DNA of 64,000 bases, from positions 6,596,963 to 6,660,962 of the forward strand of contig OZ316893.1 in assembly GCA_973895155.1 (NCBI GenBank). Direction: 5' to 3'. Below the pieces are notes generated by a model. The model saw nothing but the letters and a program-made list of their open reading frames with translations. It was not told where the DNA came from and did no database searches. Source of the DNA: Marsupella aquatica. Its lineage: Eukaryota; Plantae; Marchantiophyta. Made by a program: the position numbers and the translations under genes. Positions 1 through 12,297 of this stretch are shown here, one piece after another. Within the stretch, counting starts at the first letter, position 1. Each line of letters starts with the position of its first letter.

Positions 1-3000
1 GACTTCTTGATGAACAAAACATTGATGAACGTATCATTTGGCTCTCCTTTGAGCAAATTAACTGATTTCAATCTTCGTACTGTCTCATTGTTGGCGGCCA
101 AATGTCCCTGAAAACTGTGCCTCTATTTGGTTGCAAAATTAAAGTTGTTATCACTATCAGTGATCAGTGACGCGTTTGACTCTACAGTCTTGCTCCCAAA
201 CTGCCCATAGTGTTAGGAATTGACTCTATGTTCTTAATTGTGGTTAGTTTGGCCTTACCTAGGTTAGTTAACCTTTTATTGGTGTAGGATAAGACACAAT
301 TTATTAGGTCCACTCATCTAAGTCCCCTTTGAGCAGTATCATAGGCTGGAGGAAGAACATTCTTTGCATGTACTCTCTCATGCTATGGATGTTTTCGACT
401 TTTGTCCATTGTCATGTCTTGAGGGTTTAGTGTGTTATTGAGTGCACTTTGATGTTTTGCTTATGTGCTGCCTAGTCTGATCATCCGGTGTCTTACACAT
501 TGATAAAGCCATCTAGTCTCACTAGGTGAAAATAGACCAGTGTTGGGCAGGTACACTATTGCGGCAAGGTATTGATAGCATCCAGATAAAAGATAAGTTA
601 TTGCAATACCTTACCTCGCAGATATTAAATTTGGCTATACCTTGTATAATACCCTATCTGGCAAGTATAAGCTCTTCCTAAACCCACCTCTACACCAGCC
701 TGGCAGGTATAGATTCCTACATAGATTTTACTATACCTGTATTACTAACTACTTATACCTCCCATGTATAGAGGGAGGTATAGGCCAGGTATTGATTTAT
801 GAAAACAAATAGGTGTGAGAAAATTGAATGCAACGTGTACAAAAGTTGGGACAAAAGTGCATTGATTGTTAGTTCTCATTGTTCTCTTGGCTCACAAATT
901 GAATTCAAGCCCAGCATCTTGACAACCTTCATTGACATAGGCTTGGGTTGGAAATCTTGAGATGTTGATCATAATCTCCAAGAATTGGCCAGATGATTGT
1001 AGGGTGGACAAGGTTGTGGAGATGGTTAACATTAATTGGTGACTTCTTGGCTATTGAATGTGATATCATTGATGCTGCCGAGTATGAGTTGGTTGGTGCG
1101 GGATTGGTGGAGGAGTCTTTGCTATAGTATTTATTTGTTTTGATGGAGACTATCCCTAAAGTCTAAGCACATGTTGTATCACCAAATGTTATATGCAATT
1201 TGAAAAAGGGGATAGAAGACATACATGGGCTAGTAAATAAATACTTATTAAAAAACTTGACCCCATAACTTGGGGTCCTTGTGAAAACCACAAAATCATT
1301 TTTTATCAAGGGAACATTTAAGAAATGTTTTAAGTATCCACTTGGTGTAAAACACAGACTTTCCAGTGTATGTACTACTTTCAAAATTAGAAAATGAAAG
1401 GAGGGGAAGAATTTTCTAGCCTTGATTTCTTGAAGTGAAGACCAATCCATGTTTGGCAAACCTGTATTGAATTACCTGACCACCGTTTTGATCATCAGAC
1501 GGTCTAAACGGAAGTGTGGATCAATAATACCAACAGGTGTCCAATTTTTGTCCTCCTATTTCATAAAACCTCCTAATTCCAATTTGAGGTATGGTCCAAC
1601 ACAAATGGGATCTCATTTTTTGTCTTATGTTTTTAATGAAGCCCCCTAATTACAGCTTGAGGAATGGTCAAACACTAACAGCATTTGAATTATTGACCTC
1701 CTGTTCTTTTAAAGCCTTTATTTTTGCCCCTAATACCAATTCAAGGAATGGTCAAACCTCTCAATATATTTTTGTCCTGACTCCCGTTCTTCAAAGCCCC
1801 CTACTTGCAGTCAAACTTGAAGAACTCTACTGCAGCTGTTCACCGTGAATAGTGTTATGTAAGAATTAGCCTTACTACAAAATTAGTGTTGCTAATGCTA
1901 ATTTTGTTGAAAGTGACCATGCATGAATACAAAGTAACACTTTCTTGTCAGTTTCTCAAAATAGTTTTGCCGGCTTTGGTCTAAAGCGCTAGTAAAACAT
2001 AGGTAGTCCAAAGTAACTTTAATGCTTGTTCAATTTCAAAATAGTTTTTGCCCATCATCTTCCGACCCTTAGAACCAAATTAAGGAACACTAAATTGATG
2101 TGCTCAAAATTAGTGTTACAAAGAATTAGCAGTGACTAACACTAATCCGTAGGTAAAGCCCAGAATGTTCAAATTAGTGGGAGTAATTCATGAGTAAAGC
2201 TAAAAAATGTGCTCTCAAATTATTGTGACACTAATCCATTGGTAAAGCCCAAAAATGTTTGACTTAGTGTGAGTAACTCTAAGGGTGGCTTTACAAGACC
2301 TTGGGGGCAGTTTCCACAACTTTTTTTTGTCTCCAAGATCTGATCGGAGCCATCCATTTGGGAAAAACTGCTGCTGTTCACTTTACAAAACCTTGGGGAC
2401 ACTTTCAACCACACCTGTTACCAACCTGACATGGTGGGGGCCATTTTTTGCTTATGTGTGGAGCATTCTTTTGTCCTAGATTTTAGACCACCTCTCTTGG
2501 AAGTCTCTTTTTCTGACCTCTTGGTCCATTTCTATTTTAAGTCATTTGCATTAAAAAGTGACCCACAAGTCCATCATAAGATTTTCTTTTCTCACATCTA
2601 GAAAGATTTTAGCCAAAGATGACATGACATTCAGGTGGAGTGGGTCCTCAATTTGTCTGGGTCCTCATCTATCTTTTAATAAATTAAGCTTTACAAGACC
2701 TTGGGGGCAATAACACAATTCAAAAAATGCTTTTGGCCGAGTGGGTCCTCACACTGTCTTTTAGTAAATTAATTAAGCACTATTGGCTGCACTTGGCTTT
2801 AAAAGACCTTGGGGGCAATAAAAATATTGCTTTTAGCCCCTGGACACTATATTTAGTGTGTGCAATGGCACTCCAGTTTGCTTTTGTGAAAAAAATCTCC
2901 CAAGTGCCCCCGGTCTTGTAAATTACTGCTAATTAAGGTGAACAATGTATTCATTTGTAATTTCTTGGAGATAGCCTCGACAGTATCGAGAATTCGAGAT

Positions 3001-3500
3001 TCTAAGCTCTCGCAGCCTCGAGCATGTCGATGTCCACAATGAATATCATTCCATGCAAAATGTGTCCCAACAAATTCTTCTCCACACTGTCGTCGGGCTT
3101 GCCGCCAGCAGCATTGTACCGGACAAACACGAGACATCAATCTCGAGCATGTCGTTGACGGATTCCACTGGTCAGGATTCGGGGCCGGTCAGCGAAGCCT
3201 ACAGCGGAATTAACATCTGTACCTGTGTCGAGTATAATTGTTTTCGCACTGTGTCGTCCTGACGACAACAGCAAGATTCGGAGCAGTTTGACATTCAGGA
3301 ACCACGACCGCAAACGTTTATCGGATTCGTCGTTCTGAACGACATATAGAGTCCCGTGCCTCGATGATTCATTGTTGTTGAGGTAGACTACGAGCCATTC
3401 ATGTCATTGCGGAGTGACAGACAGTGAGGAACTTTGACAGCAGACGATAGGGCGAGGGCAGTTGCAAGCTTTTGCTTCGGAGTGTAGAGCTAGCGTTGTC

Positions 3501-6500
3501 ATGGCAAAGGACGTGGTAAAGAGCTACACTATCAAAGTCTCGGAGGGACAGAAAGGCAGCGATGGCCGCCCTTCTGTCGGTCCGAGCTACAAGAGCGTCT
3601 ACTCCACAGATCTTGCACCGCCTCCGGAAAACATGCAAACTTGCTGGGAAGTTTTCAGGTGCGAAGAGCTGGATGATCTGCTTTCAATCTGTTTAGCTCA
3701 TTGTGAACGAACGAACGAGGTTGAAAAGGATCGATATGCCTAGTTTGGGGTTGAGGCTACTCTGCAATTGCCGTATGTCACAGATAGATCCAGAAGAATT
3801 GAGTATAGCTATGGTGATTACGGTAGCCCAGCATAAAATTGTCATGAGTGAATAAAGCTGGTTGATCACTCGCCCTCGTGAATGAGTGTGCGGCATTTGA
3901 TTCTTGCGACTTCCAAATTCGTTCGAGTTCGGTCATGAATCAAATGGGAATTTATGAAGTAGTAGGACAATGTGTTCGATGGATCACTTACTGGCAGAGT
4001 CAGCTCGATAGCTCCGTCGTCGGCGTTGGAGAAATGGATGTCGAGCTAATGGAGATTTATTTTAAGAATGAAAACACAACTGGATGACGTTCAATCTCTA
4101 GGTTCTAGGTAGCTTAGATTGTAGCTCTTCTATGCTGTGCTGTAAGCGGAATCAAACACGGAACACTTATTCACAAGGCCCGAAGACGTGTATGCCATTG
4201 TAAGGAATATTGATCAGGACAATGCTCAACTGCCAAAGGTGTGGAGCCAATAAGAAGTCCACGTGTATTAGCTCTAGTTGCGTTTGAAGAAGGCAATTGA
4301 GTATAGACCGGTCGACTGTCTGTCAGCGAGAACACTGATCAGCTTTTGAACTGTGAACTTAATGTTTCTGGTCATTTCCTGAGTGTCAGTTGAATAGGCT
4401 TGCATCACCGAGGAGGCACCAATTTTGTTGAAGGACTAGTATAATCGAGGGTCAGGGAATTTCGATCACATAAGTGCAAGAAACTACCATTAGGGTGTTC
4501 TTGAATTGTGCTTGTCCGAATGTTCGCAATTGCATCCGTTCTCATCGTTATTCTTTCTGTTGCAAAATGCAGTGAGTCGGTGAAGAAGTTCCCCAACAAT
4601 CCATTGTTGGGTGCGCGGAAAATCGTCGATGGAAAGGTGAGTCCGATTTTTACCCAAGAGGTGTCTGCGATCAGGCTGCGTCGGACATTTCATAATGATC
4701 AATGCCCTTGTGAAGTCACCTTGGCGGGATCGTTGCATAGGACAGTTTGGATTGTTTGAAGTTTTCAGTCATTTGTATGTATAAACTGACACCTTCCTTT
4801 ATCGAACTGACAGGCAGGCGAGTACGTGTTCGATACGTACCAAGAAGTCCTTGCCAAAGTCATTCCAATCGGGTCAGCGATGCGCGCAGTGGGTGTGAAT
4901 CCGGTAAGCTGGGATCGATGATGCCTGTGCAGTCCATCGATTGCCTCGCCCCACAGTCTTTGTATCTCGGAAATAGTTTTTTATTCAAAAAAAAAAAAAA
5001 AACAGTAGCAAAGCGTTGATGCAGCACCTGGACTTCCTAGGAGGTGACCCACAGGAGTATTTTATTCTATTCCACAGGAGTATTCTATTCCATTCAACTC
5101 AAGTCTTTGACATAATTTTACAATAATTTAATACATAGTCCTAAGGTACTGCGGTGCGAGCTTGGTGCCTATCCTTCTGAACCTATCTCGTCTAACGCGT
5201 CTTTGCACGGCACAACGTTATTTTGATGTTCAAGTCAGGTGAGACATTTATATATTGTCGAATAACAACTTAGTTCTCACGAATCCCAATAGTGTTGCAG
5301 AACATCTCAGAGCATTGGAATCATAAATGATCAGAATCAGGCATCAGCCTTGTACATTTTGTACCGAAATTCGCATAATTATCTTCTGACTAAATACTGG
5401 TTTAATGGTGAATTTTGTAGCTGCAACACCGTGCAATCTTTGGTAACTATAACTTTGTAGGTCAATTGTATGTACAGCTCGCATTCAATCTGGCAGAATT
5501 TCTAATCTACTTTAAAAGATTTTAGATTTCGTTCATGCATACCTTCAAAGCTTGCAGTTGAAATCGGATGTCTGTCAAGGGCATTCTTTGCTAGTTTGTT
5601 CAGGTACTCCCTGGTGACATTATCAGCGAGAACATCGCTGCCTCTCCTGTAATTCTGGGTCCCTTTTGTGTTCTTTGTTTGCAGGGAGCAAAATGTGGAA
5701 TTTATGGCACAAACTCTCCGGAGTGGTACATGGCTATGCAGGTGGGTTTCACTCTCTCATTTACGACGAGAAGTGTACTGAAGGTTTGAATAGGCACCGA
5801 AATGCTAACAGTGTCACCATTACCAAGTATAGAAGAATAGAAGTTATGAAAGTTGACCACAAAAGAAATCCGCTTCTTCGTCTCTGATCTATTCTCCTGC
5901 TGTTCTGAACAGGCCTGCAACGCCCAGAGTGTATATTGCGTGCCACTCTACGACACTTTGGGTATTGCATCTTCTCTTTGTCTCAATAACTCGGTTTTCT
6001 GTTTTAGTTAGAGACTCGTTCTCCAAACCCAGGTAAGGACTTTCAAGCCCGACAGACTCCTGAATTGGATTGAACGATCTTGGATTGAACGACTTTAATG
6101 AGATGATTGAGAAACTCGAGACAAGATGCGATAATTGTCGGATTTGTGTTGTTACAGGAGAGGATGCTATCGAGTTTATCCTCAAACATGCCGAAGTCTC
6201 CATCGTGTTTGTCCAAGAAGTCAAGCTCCCAATGGTAACATACATCGCCTCCGAAGTACTACTCTTTCTTTTCTCTCCTACCAAAGTGCTATTAACTAGG
6301 GACACCCTGATGATGGTAGCAGCTGCCAGTTGGTACGTGCAAAAAGGATTTATCGGTCCAGACACACATCTCTATTGAAATCTTTTCTCACGGTCCCACT
6401 GCACGACATCGTGCTATGTTTTTTACTTTTGCAGCTGCTGAACTCTCTGGCAAAAGGCAACCATTCTGTTCAGAGTAAGTAAGCTTGGTGCCTTGTCTAA

Positions 6501-9500
6501 AGGCTTTAAGCTCCAATAGTCAACTAAGCAAATCCATTTATTGTTGAATTTCGTCCATTTTGGGTCAATGGGGCTCCCCAGGTCAGCAATTTGGACGTCG
6601 GGATTACGCTTACGAAATTCACTAAAGTCTAAGTTATAGATCTGCAACATGGCGTTGACGTCTTCCCGTGGCTCCTCTGTAGCTGTGGTGTCCTTCAGCA
6701 CATTTACAGGTGAGCAGAAAGCTACGATTCAACATAAATGCTCAGGAGTCACGGCATATTCATGGGAGGAATTCAAGGACTACGTACGTTGACACTCAAG
6801 TCGTTTGATGAACTTAATGTTGGACCGCTTTGTTAGGTCACCTTCATCTGAATTATTGAGGCATTTCATGTTAATAATTTTCTTTGAAATTAGGATCAAC
6901 CTCTGGAATCACCACCAATTGTTAGGGTTCCACCTTTTCCAGTCTTGGGGAAAACCAAGATCACTGTGGTTTCTGCATTAATTAGAAACACATTGATGGT
7001 CTTGAATAAACCCTAGGTTGTGGAATTAGTAGGAGCAATCGTGGAAATGGGTTTCTCAGTTCACAGGAATTTGTGTCCATTATTTTGAGGACTAGCCGAG
7101 TTTGTAGTGGCCGACAATTTAGCTTCAAGCAAATTAGCAATCCGTACGGCTGGCTGTTTTTCGCAGGGACTTTCAAATCCTTTCGAGATTTCCCCTCCCA
7201 AGAAGGAAGATATCTGCACAATCATGTACACCAGCGGTACAACTGGGGAGCCGAAGGGCGTACTTATCTCACATGCAAGCGTTGTAGCTACCATAATTGG
7301 CACTGTACATTTTCTAGAGAAAGTGAACATACCGGTACCTTTTCAAAATTCTCCTTAAATTCCAATCTCATGTCTAGTTTGAGATATCAGCAAGAAAGCA
7401 CGCTCAGAGAGTCTCAATTTATTTTCTCTTGGACAGGTCGTGTTGATGGGCTCCTTTCCTGAATTGTTTAGTATGTATGATCACGTTGCAGGTAAGGGAA
7501 ACCGAGTCCTACTTGTCATATCTGCCACTAGCTCATATATTTGACCGCGTTGGTGAAGAGGTCCTCACCTTCGCTGGCGGGAATATTGGATATTGGCAAG
7601 GGGTGCGTATCACTTGACAATTCTCGTATAATTTTGGTTCTTGTTCTTCCAACAAAAGAAAGCGAAACAAATCATATTATCGGGGCACCAGATGTGGACT
7701 AAAACTATCGTCTCGTTTGTTTCATTTCTTCTTGCTGTCCAGTACAGACCGCCAGAGATTTAACAAAATGTTCTCTTCTTTCCAGAATGCCCTGCTGTTA
7801 ATGGACGACTTGAAAGCACTGAAGCCAACCCTGTTTATTGGCGTTCCTCGTATCTTTGACCGTATATACTCAGGTATTTAGGCATATCCAAGGCTTGTTA
7901 AAGCTAAACCAAACGATATTATAAATGAAGAGCATGTTACACAATTTAGTGACCCTGTCAATTGAGGTGTGAAATTTAGCCGCTTTGTGTATGCTACAGT
8001 AGTATTAAAATTCGGAAATATAAACAAAAGCAAAAACAGATCTTTACGAGGAAGCATTCTTAAACAGCTCTCCTGGGCTAAATCTCTCCCCAGAATGATG
8101 TAATCGGTTTACATGGGTATTGAAGGCAGCACGCAATGTAACGCATTTCAATTTCTTTCGTTCGTTGAGAGAGGTCATGTAACCTGATCTGGAGGCTTTA
8201 CTACTATTAACCTGTTCTATCACACCTGAAACGATCTCGTTGTTTCACTCCTGATCTTACTCTAACTCGTGCTAGCCTATTGCACGTGCTATGATAATTT
8301 TTAATCAGGCTTCTACAAGAAGATCAACGATGCAGGATGGCTGACAAAAGCAATCTTCAATTATGGATATAAGGCGTAAGTTCCGCAACACTCTTCGATC
8401 GCATTCACAATGGGCATTTATTTAGGTCCTTGAAAATTTCAAATTTGGGTGCCTCGTTAAGAATTTCTAGTCGTCTCCTGATTCGCAGGGTCGGATGACA
8501 TGGGTGAATTGTTAGATGAGTCGGATGGAGGTTTGTCTTGGAACAATTCAGCTGTAGTAAATTTAACTCAGTTCTTGTGTTCCACCATTTCAGCAAACTC
8601 AAGAGCATGTTGAGTGGATATACCCAAGACAAGGCTTCGCCATTGTTTGATAGGATCGTCTTCAGCAAGGTAGGTGTAATACAGAAATATAATCCACCTC
8701 TCACAAAACAATTTCACTGTCTTTATGGGACACGGCCTACCTTGTGGAATGCATATATTTCGGTCCAAATTAGTTGCCACCCAGCTAGTTGTTCTTATTA
8801 ATATCAAGCAGCTAAGCTCTCAGACCCACCTTGAGGTCTAATCTACTGCAGTACTCTGCTTCATATGTCTCCTGGTTGGGGCTGGCTGATTGTGATCTAA
8901 CATTTCAACCGTGCACCCTGCTTTTTGTTGATACTTCAAATATTCAGGTGAAAGAAAGCATGGGGGGCAGATGTCGTGTTGTAATTTCAGGTGCTGCACC
9001 ACTTGCAGATCATGTTGAGGAGTTCCAGAGGACAGTTCTGTGCAGTCCAGTTGTGCAAGGCTATGGTATGTTTAACACAGTGGCTCTAAACCTTGTCCCA
9101 TTATGTAGAGATGGTAAAAGCATAGAGAAATACCTTGTGTTCACTCAAAGGACAATTTCACAAATCACCCAGTCACATGTGGAGGACATTGTTATTCTTG
9201 TGGCTCCTTTTTCCCTGGACCTTGGATCTCAAAACAATGATCGAGTTTGAAATGATCGTGGCACATCTTTTAGGAACTGGGCTGGTCAGGAACGTGATGA
9301 CTCTAATCTGTGACTTCCCAGTTAATGACTAACAACCAAAAGGCATTCAATGACGATTAACCAACAGGGGGCAGCTTACTATAGACGTTCCTGACTAAGC
9401 TTGAAAGCGAACCTGTTGGAAATGGTTTCGCTACGAATCAGTAAGAAACGGTTGGGGTGCCAGTGTAGTTTCCACAGAAATTTTAGGTACCTTATTCCTG

Positions 9501-11398
9501 GACATCATGAACATTACCATACCCCTCGATTTTGTCGCAAGACACTGAAGGAAGCTATGCAAGTGGGTCACATAGCATTGGGGTCATTGAAATAAGCTGC
9601 AACAAGAAATAGCCACTGAATTTTAGAGATTTGTTTTTCAGTGGAGGGTTGCTAAATTTTATCATTTGTTTGAGCATGGCCATTCCCACCTGCTTTGGAC
9701 ATAATTGTAAACTGAAGCCGCTTTCTGGACTCTTGCGCTGCAGGTCTCACAGAGTCATGTTGCGGAAGCTTCTTGGCTGTGCCAGATGTCATGTCCATGA
9801 GGGGCACAGTTGGTATTCCACTGCCAAATATTGAGGCTCGTTTAGTATCTGTGCCTGAAATGAACTACGATGCTCTTGGCACGCCGGAGAGAGGTGAAAT
9901 CTGCATGAGGGGAGTAGCAGTCTGTGATGGGTACTACAAGAACGAAGAAATGACCAATGAGACACTCGTGGATGGCTGGCTCTATAGTGGTATGAAGTTT
10001 TTCTTTCCAATAATTTTTCCTCTCAAGGTCATATTATATATTTCAGCAATTTGTCGAGATTGGACGACTTTAAAATTCCACATGGAAAGCCGAGTACATA
10101 AGGGACGGACAGAGAGAGGATGGCATGTATATTAAGAGCAAGACTTCAGTGAGGAGAATTATAACACAATGGAATGATGCAGTCTGTGGACATGTACTCC
10201 TCAAATGACGATTTGATGGTTTTATTTATTTAGCTCTTCGTTCACATAGCCTGATTCCATTAATTGACACTCTTTTCAAACGCTGTGGATTGGCCTTGTA
10301 GGTGACATCGGTGAGTGGCAACCAGATGGTTCCTTGAAGATCATTGACAGGAAGAAGAATATTTTCAAGCTGTCACAAGGAGAATATGTGGCAGTGGAGA
10401 AATTAGAAAATGTATATAGCCTGGCTGGAATCGTTGACACGGTAAGCCATCTTTGATTCAGAAAAGCAATGTGTCTATTCTTTTTCAGCCTTCTTTCTGG
10501 CGTGAGCAGTTATGGGATACACATACCAATCTTGACCGCCACTTTCGGTGACCGACGTCCAGATCTGGGTTTACGGTAATAGCCTCGAGTCGTCGCTTGT
10601 TGCTATCGTCGTACCTACTCCAGGAGAACTGGAGAGCTGGGCGAAAAGTGCGGGACTGGAAGGCGATTTGAAGTCCATTTGCGAAACGCCAAAGGCTCAA
10701 GAGTACGTGCTGAAGCAGTTGACAGCAACCCAGAAGAGCAACAAGGTTCGCATCAATCGATTTTCAGCGCCTCTTGCTTAATTTGAGAGAACTTTCTGAC
10801 TACCTTCCCAGCCGGAAGGAGCTTTCGTAAGATACTCACGGAAGTTGTATTTCATTCCCTTTTCTCTATATGCAAGTATCATTCTGAACGGGAGAGAACT
10901 GCAACTTATAGGCTTAGATATGCGGCGGAGTTTACCAAATTGAGTTCTCATGGTTGTGTTTTCGTTTTTGTATTGATGCCTCTCCAAAACCTGTTATACT
11001 TCCAGCTGAAGGGTTTTGAAGCTATCAAGGCAGTGTACCTGGAGAGCGAGCCTTTCAGTTTTGAGAACGACTTGATCACTCCGACTTTCAAGAAGAAACG
11101 CCCTCAACTCCTTAAGCACTATCAGGTATCTTTCCTCAACCTTGGGTGCTTAACAGCAAATGAAGTAAACATGAAAACCTGTGGTGATGTATAGATAAAA
11201 ACTTATCGCATTCATGTTCTCAGATTCAAAGCTAAAAATCTGTAATTGATGAAAGAATCACTTTCACAAAAGCGGAATGTTTATATCAAACTTCTGCTAT
11301 TGGACTTCAGTTTCCTGATTCGAGCCTTCGTTGTCCTTCGTTCGCCATGATTGCAGAGTGTTGTGGATAATCTCTACAAAAGCATGAAAAACAAATAG
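3501..11398 (+). CDS. LACS4: Long-chain acyl-CoA synthetase (LACS4/5-like), 19 coding exons, 664 aa
   Basis: Hand-spliced with GT-AG introns: 3501-3658, 4573-4636, 4814-4903, 5685-5741, 5913-5961, 6158-6234, 6435-6474, 6683-6783, 7167-7334, 7492-7602, 7786-7873, 8309-8375, 8594-8669, 8948-9065, 9744-9989, 10302-10441, 10563-10745, 11006-11125, 11357-11398 (sum 1995 nt, one frame, ends TAG). Motifs: AMP-binding [76 protein letters not shown]-terminus [14 protein letters not shown] resembles plant LACS4; the subfamily number is less certain than the family. Confidence 0.93.
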
Positions 11399-12007
11399 CA
11401 AAGTACCGCTGCTGCACAGGACTAGCAATTCTAAGAACAGATCAAAGGGTCTAATCAGTCGATAGGCAGGAGAAACATATTCCATTCTTTGGAAATAGAT
11501 CCGATCCTTGATCTTTGTTCCAGAGCGCAGATGTTCGTTGAAGTAATGAATTCCTCCAACCTCTGCGAATATTTACTTGGTGAGAAAAAGCATGAACGCA
11601 TGTTTAGAAACCAAAGTTTTGGCAAGCTTTCTATGCTAGCTTACTAGAAGTAGGCTAGAATGATCGGGGGAATTGTTCCAAGGACTCCGAATCGGTTTCC
11701 CAGATGGGACATGTAGTCCGAAAAGCAAAAGCCGGTGGAACCAACAAGCCTACCGAGGTGAGGTCACACAGCTGGAGCGGGAAAAAAGGAATTCAAAAGT
11801 TTATAAATATACAGTAGAAGAGTTGGTTTACAATAAAATCAATGGTTTTCTCCGATTGCTCAAGAGAATTTTAATTGGCACGATTTGAAACAAAGCTAGG
11901 CAGGTACCGTAGGCAAAGTCATGGTGGAAAGGACTTTGAAGCGGAAGCTAGGTGCCCATGGTGTCGAGCAACTGATTAAACTTGAGAATCCCCTCTTCCA
12001 TTCCAGG

Positions 12008-12264
12008 TGTGATTGACAGTCGTGATCGACAGGAAAAACTCTTGCACAAAAGATGGAATGAAAATAATGCGTACTGCTTTCATTCAAGAGAGAGAACAAA
12101 TAGATGTCAAAATGGACATCAAGATTTTTTCCCCGGAAAAGGCAGAAGGGGAAAAGTAAAAAACTCCAGGTGAAAAGCCAGTGGGGGCGCGCCTGGGGTA
12201 GCGTAGAGTCTAAACTAAAACAGGTGTCAAGATAACAGGAGATCGACAAAAGAGGTAAACGACA
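12008..12264 (-). repeat. 3' LTR of copia element 1
   Basis: Direct repeat of 16724-16980; on the minus strand it is preceded by purine-rich GAAGATCTGAGGGGTC (putative PPT, 12265-12280). Confidence 0.95.
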
Positions 12265-12297
12265 GACCCCTCAGATCTTCTGAAAAACGAATGTCTG

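Noticed and set aside
11896-12249. 117-aa ORF, and its twin at 16681-16992
   Set aside because: Incidental translations of the two LTR copies.
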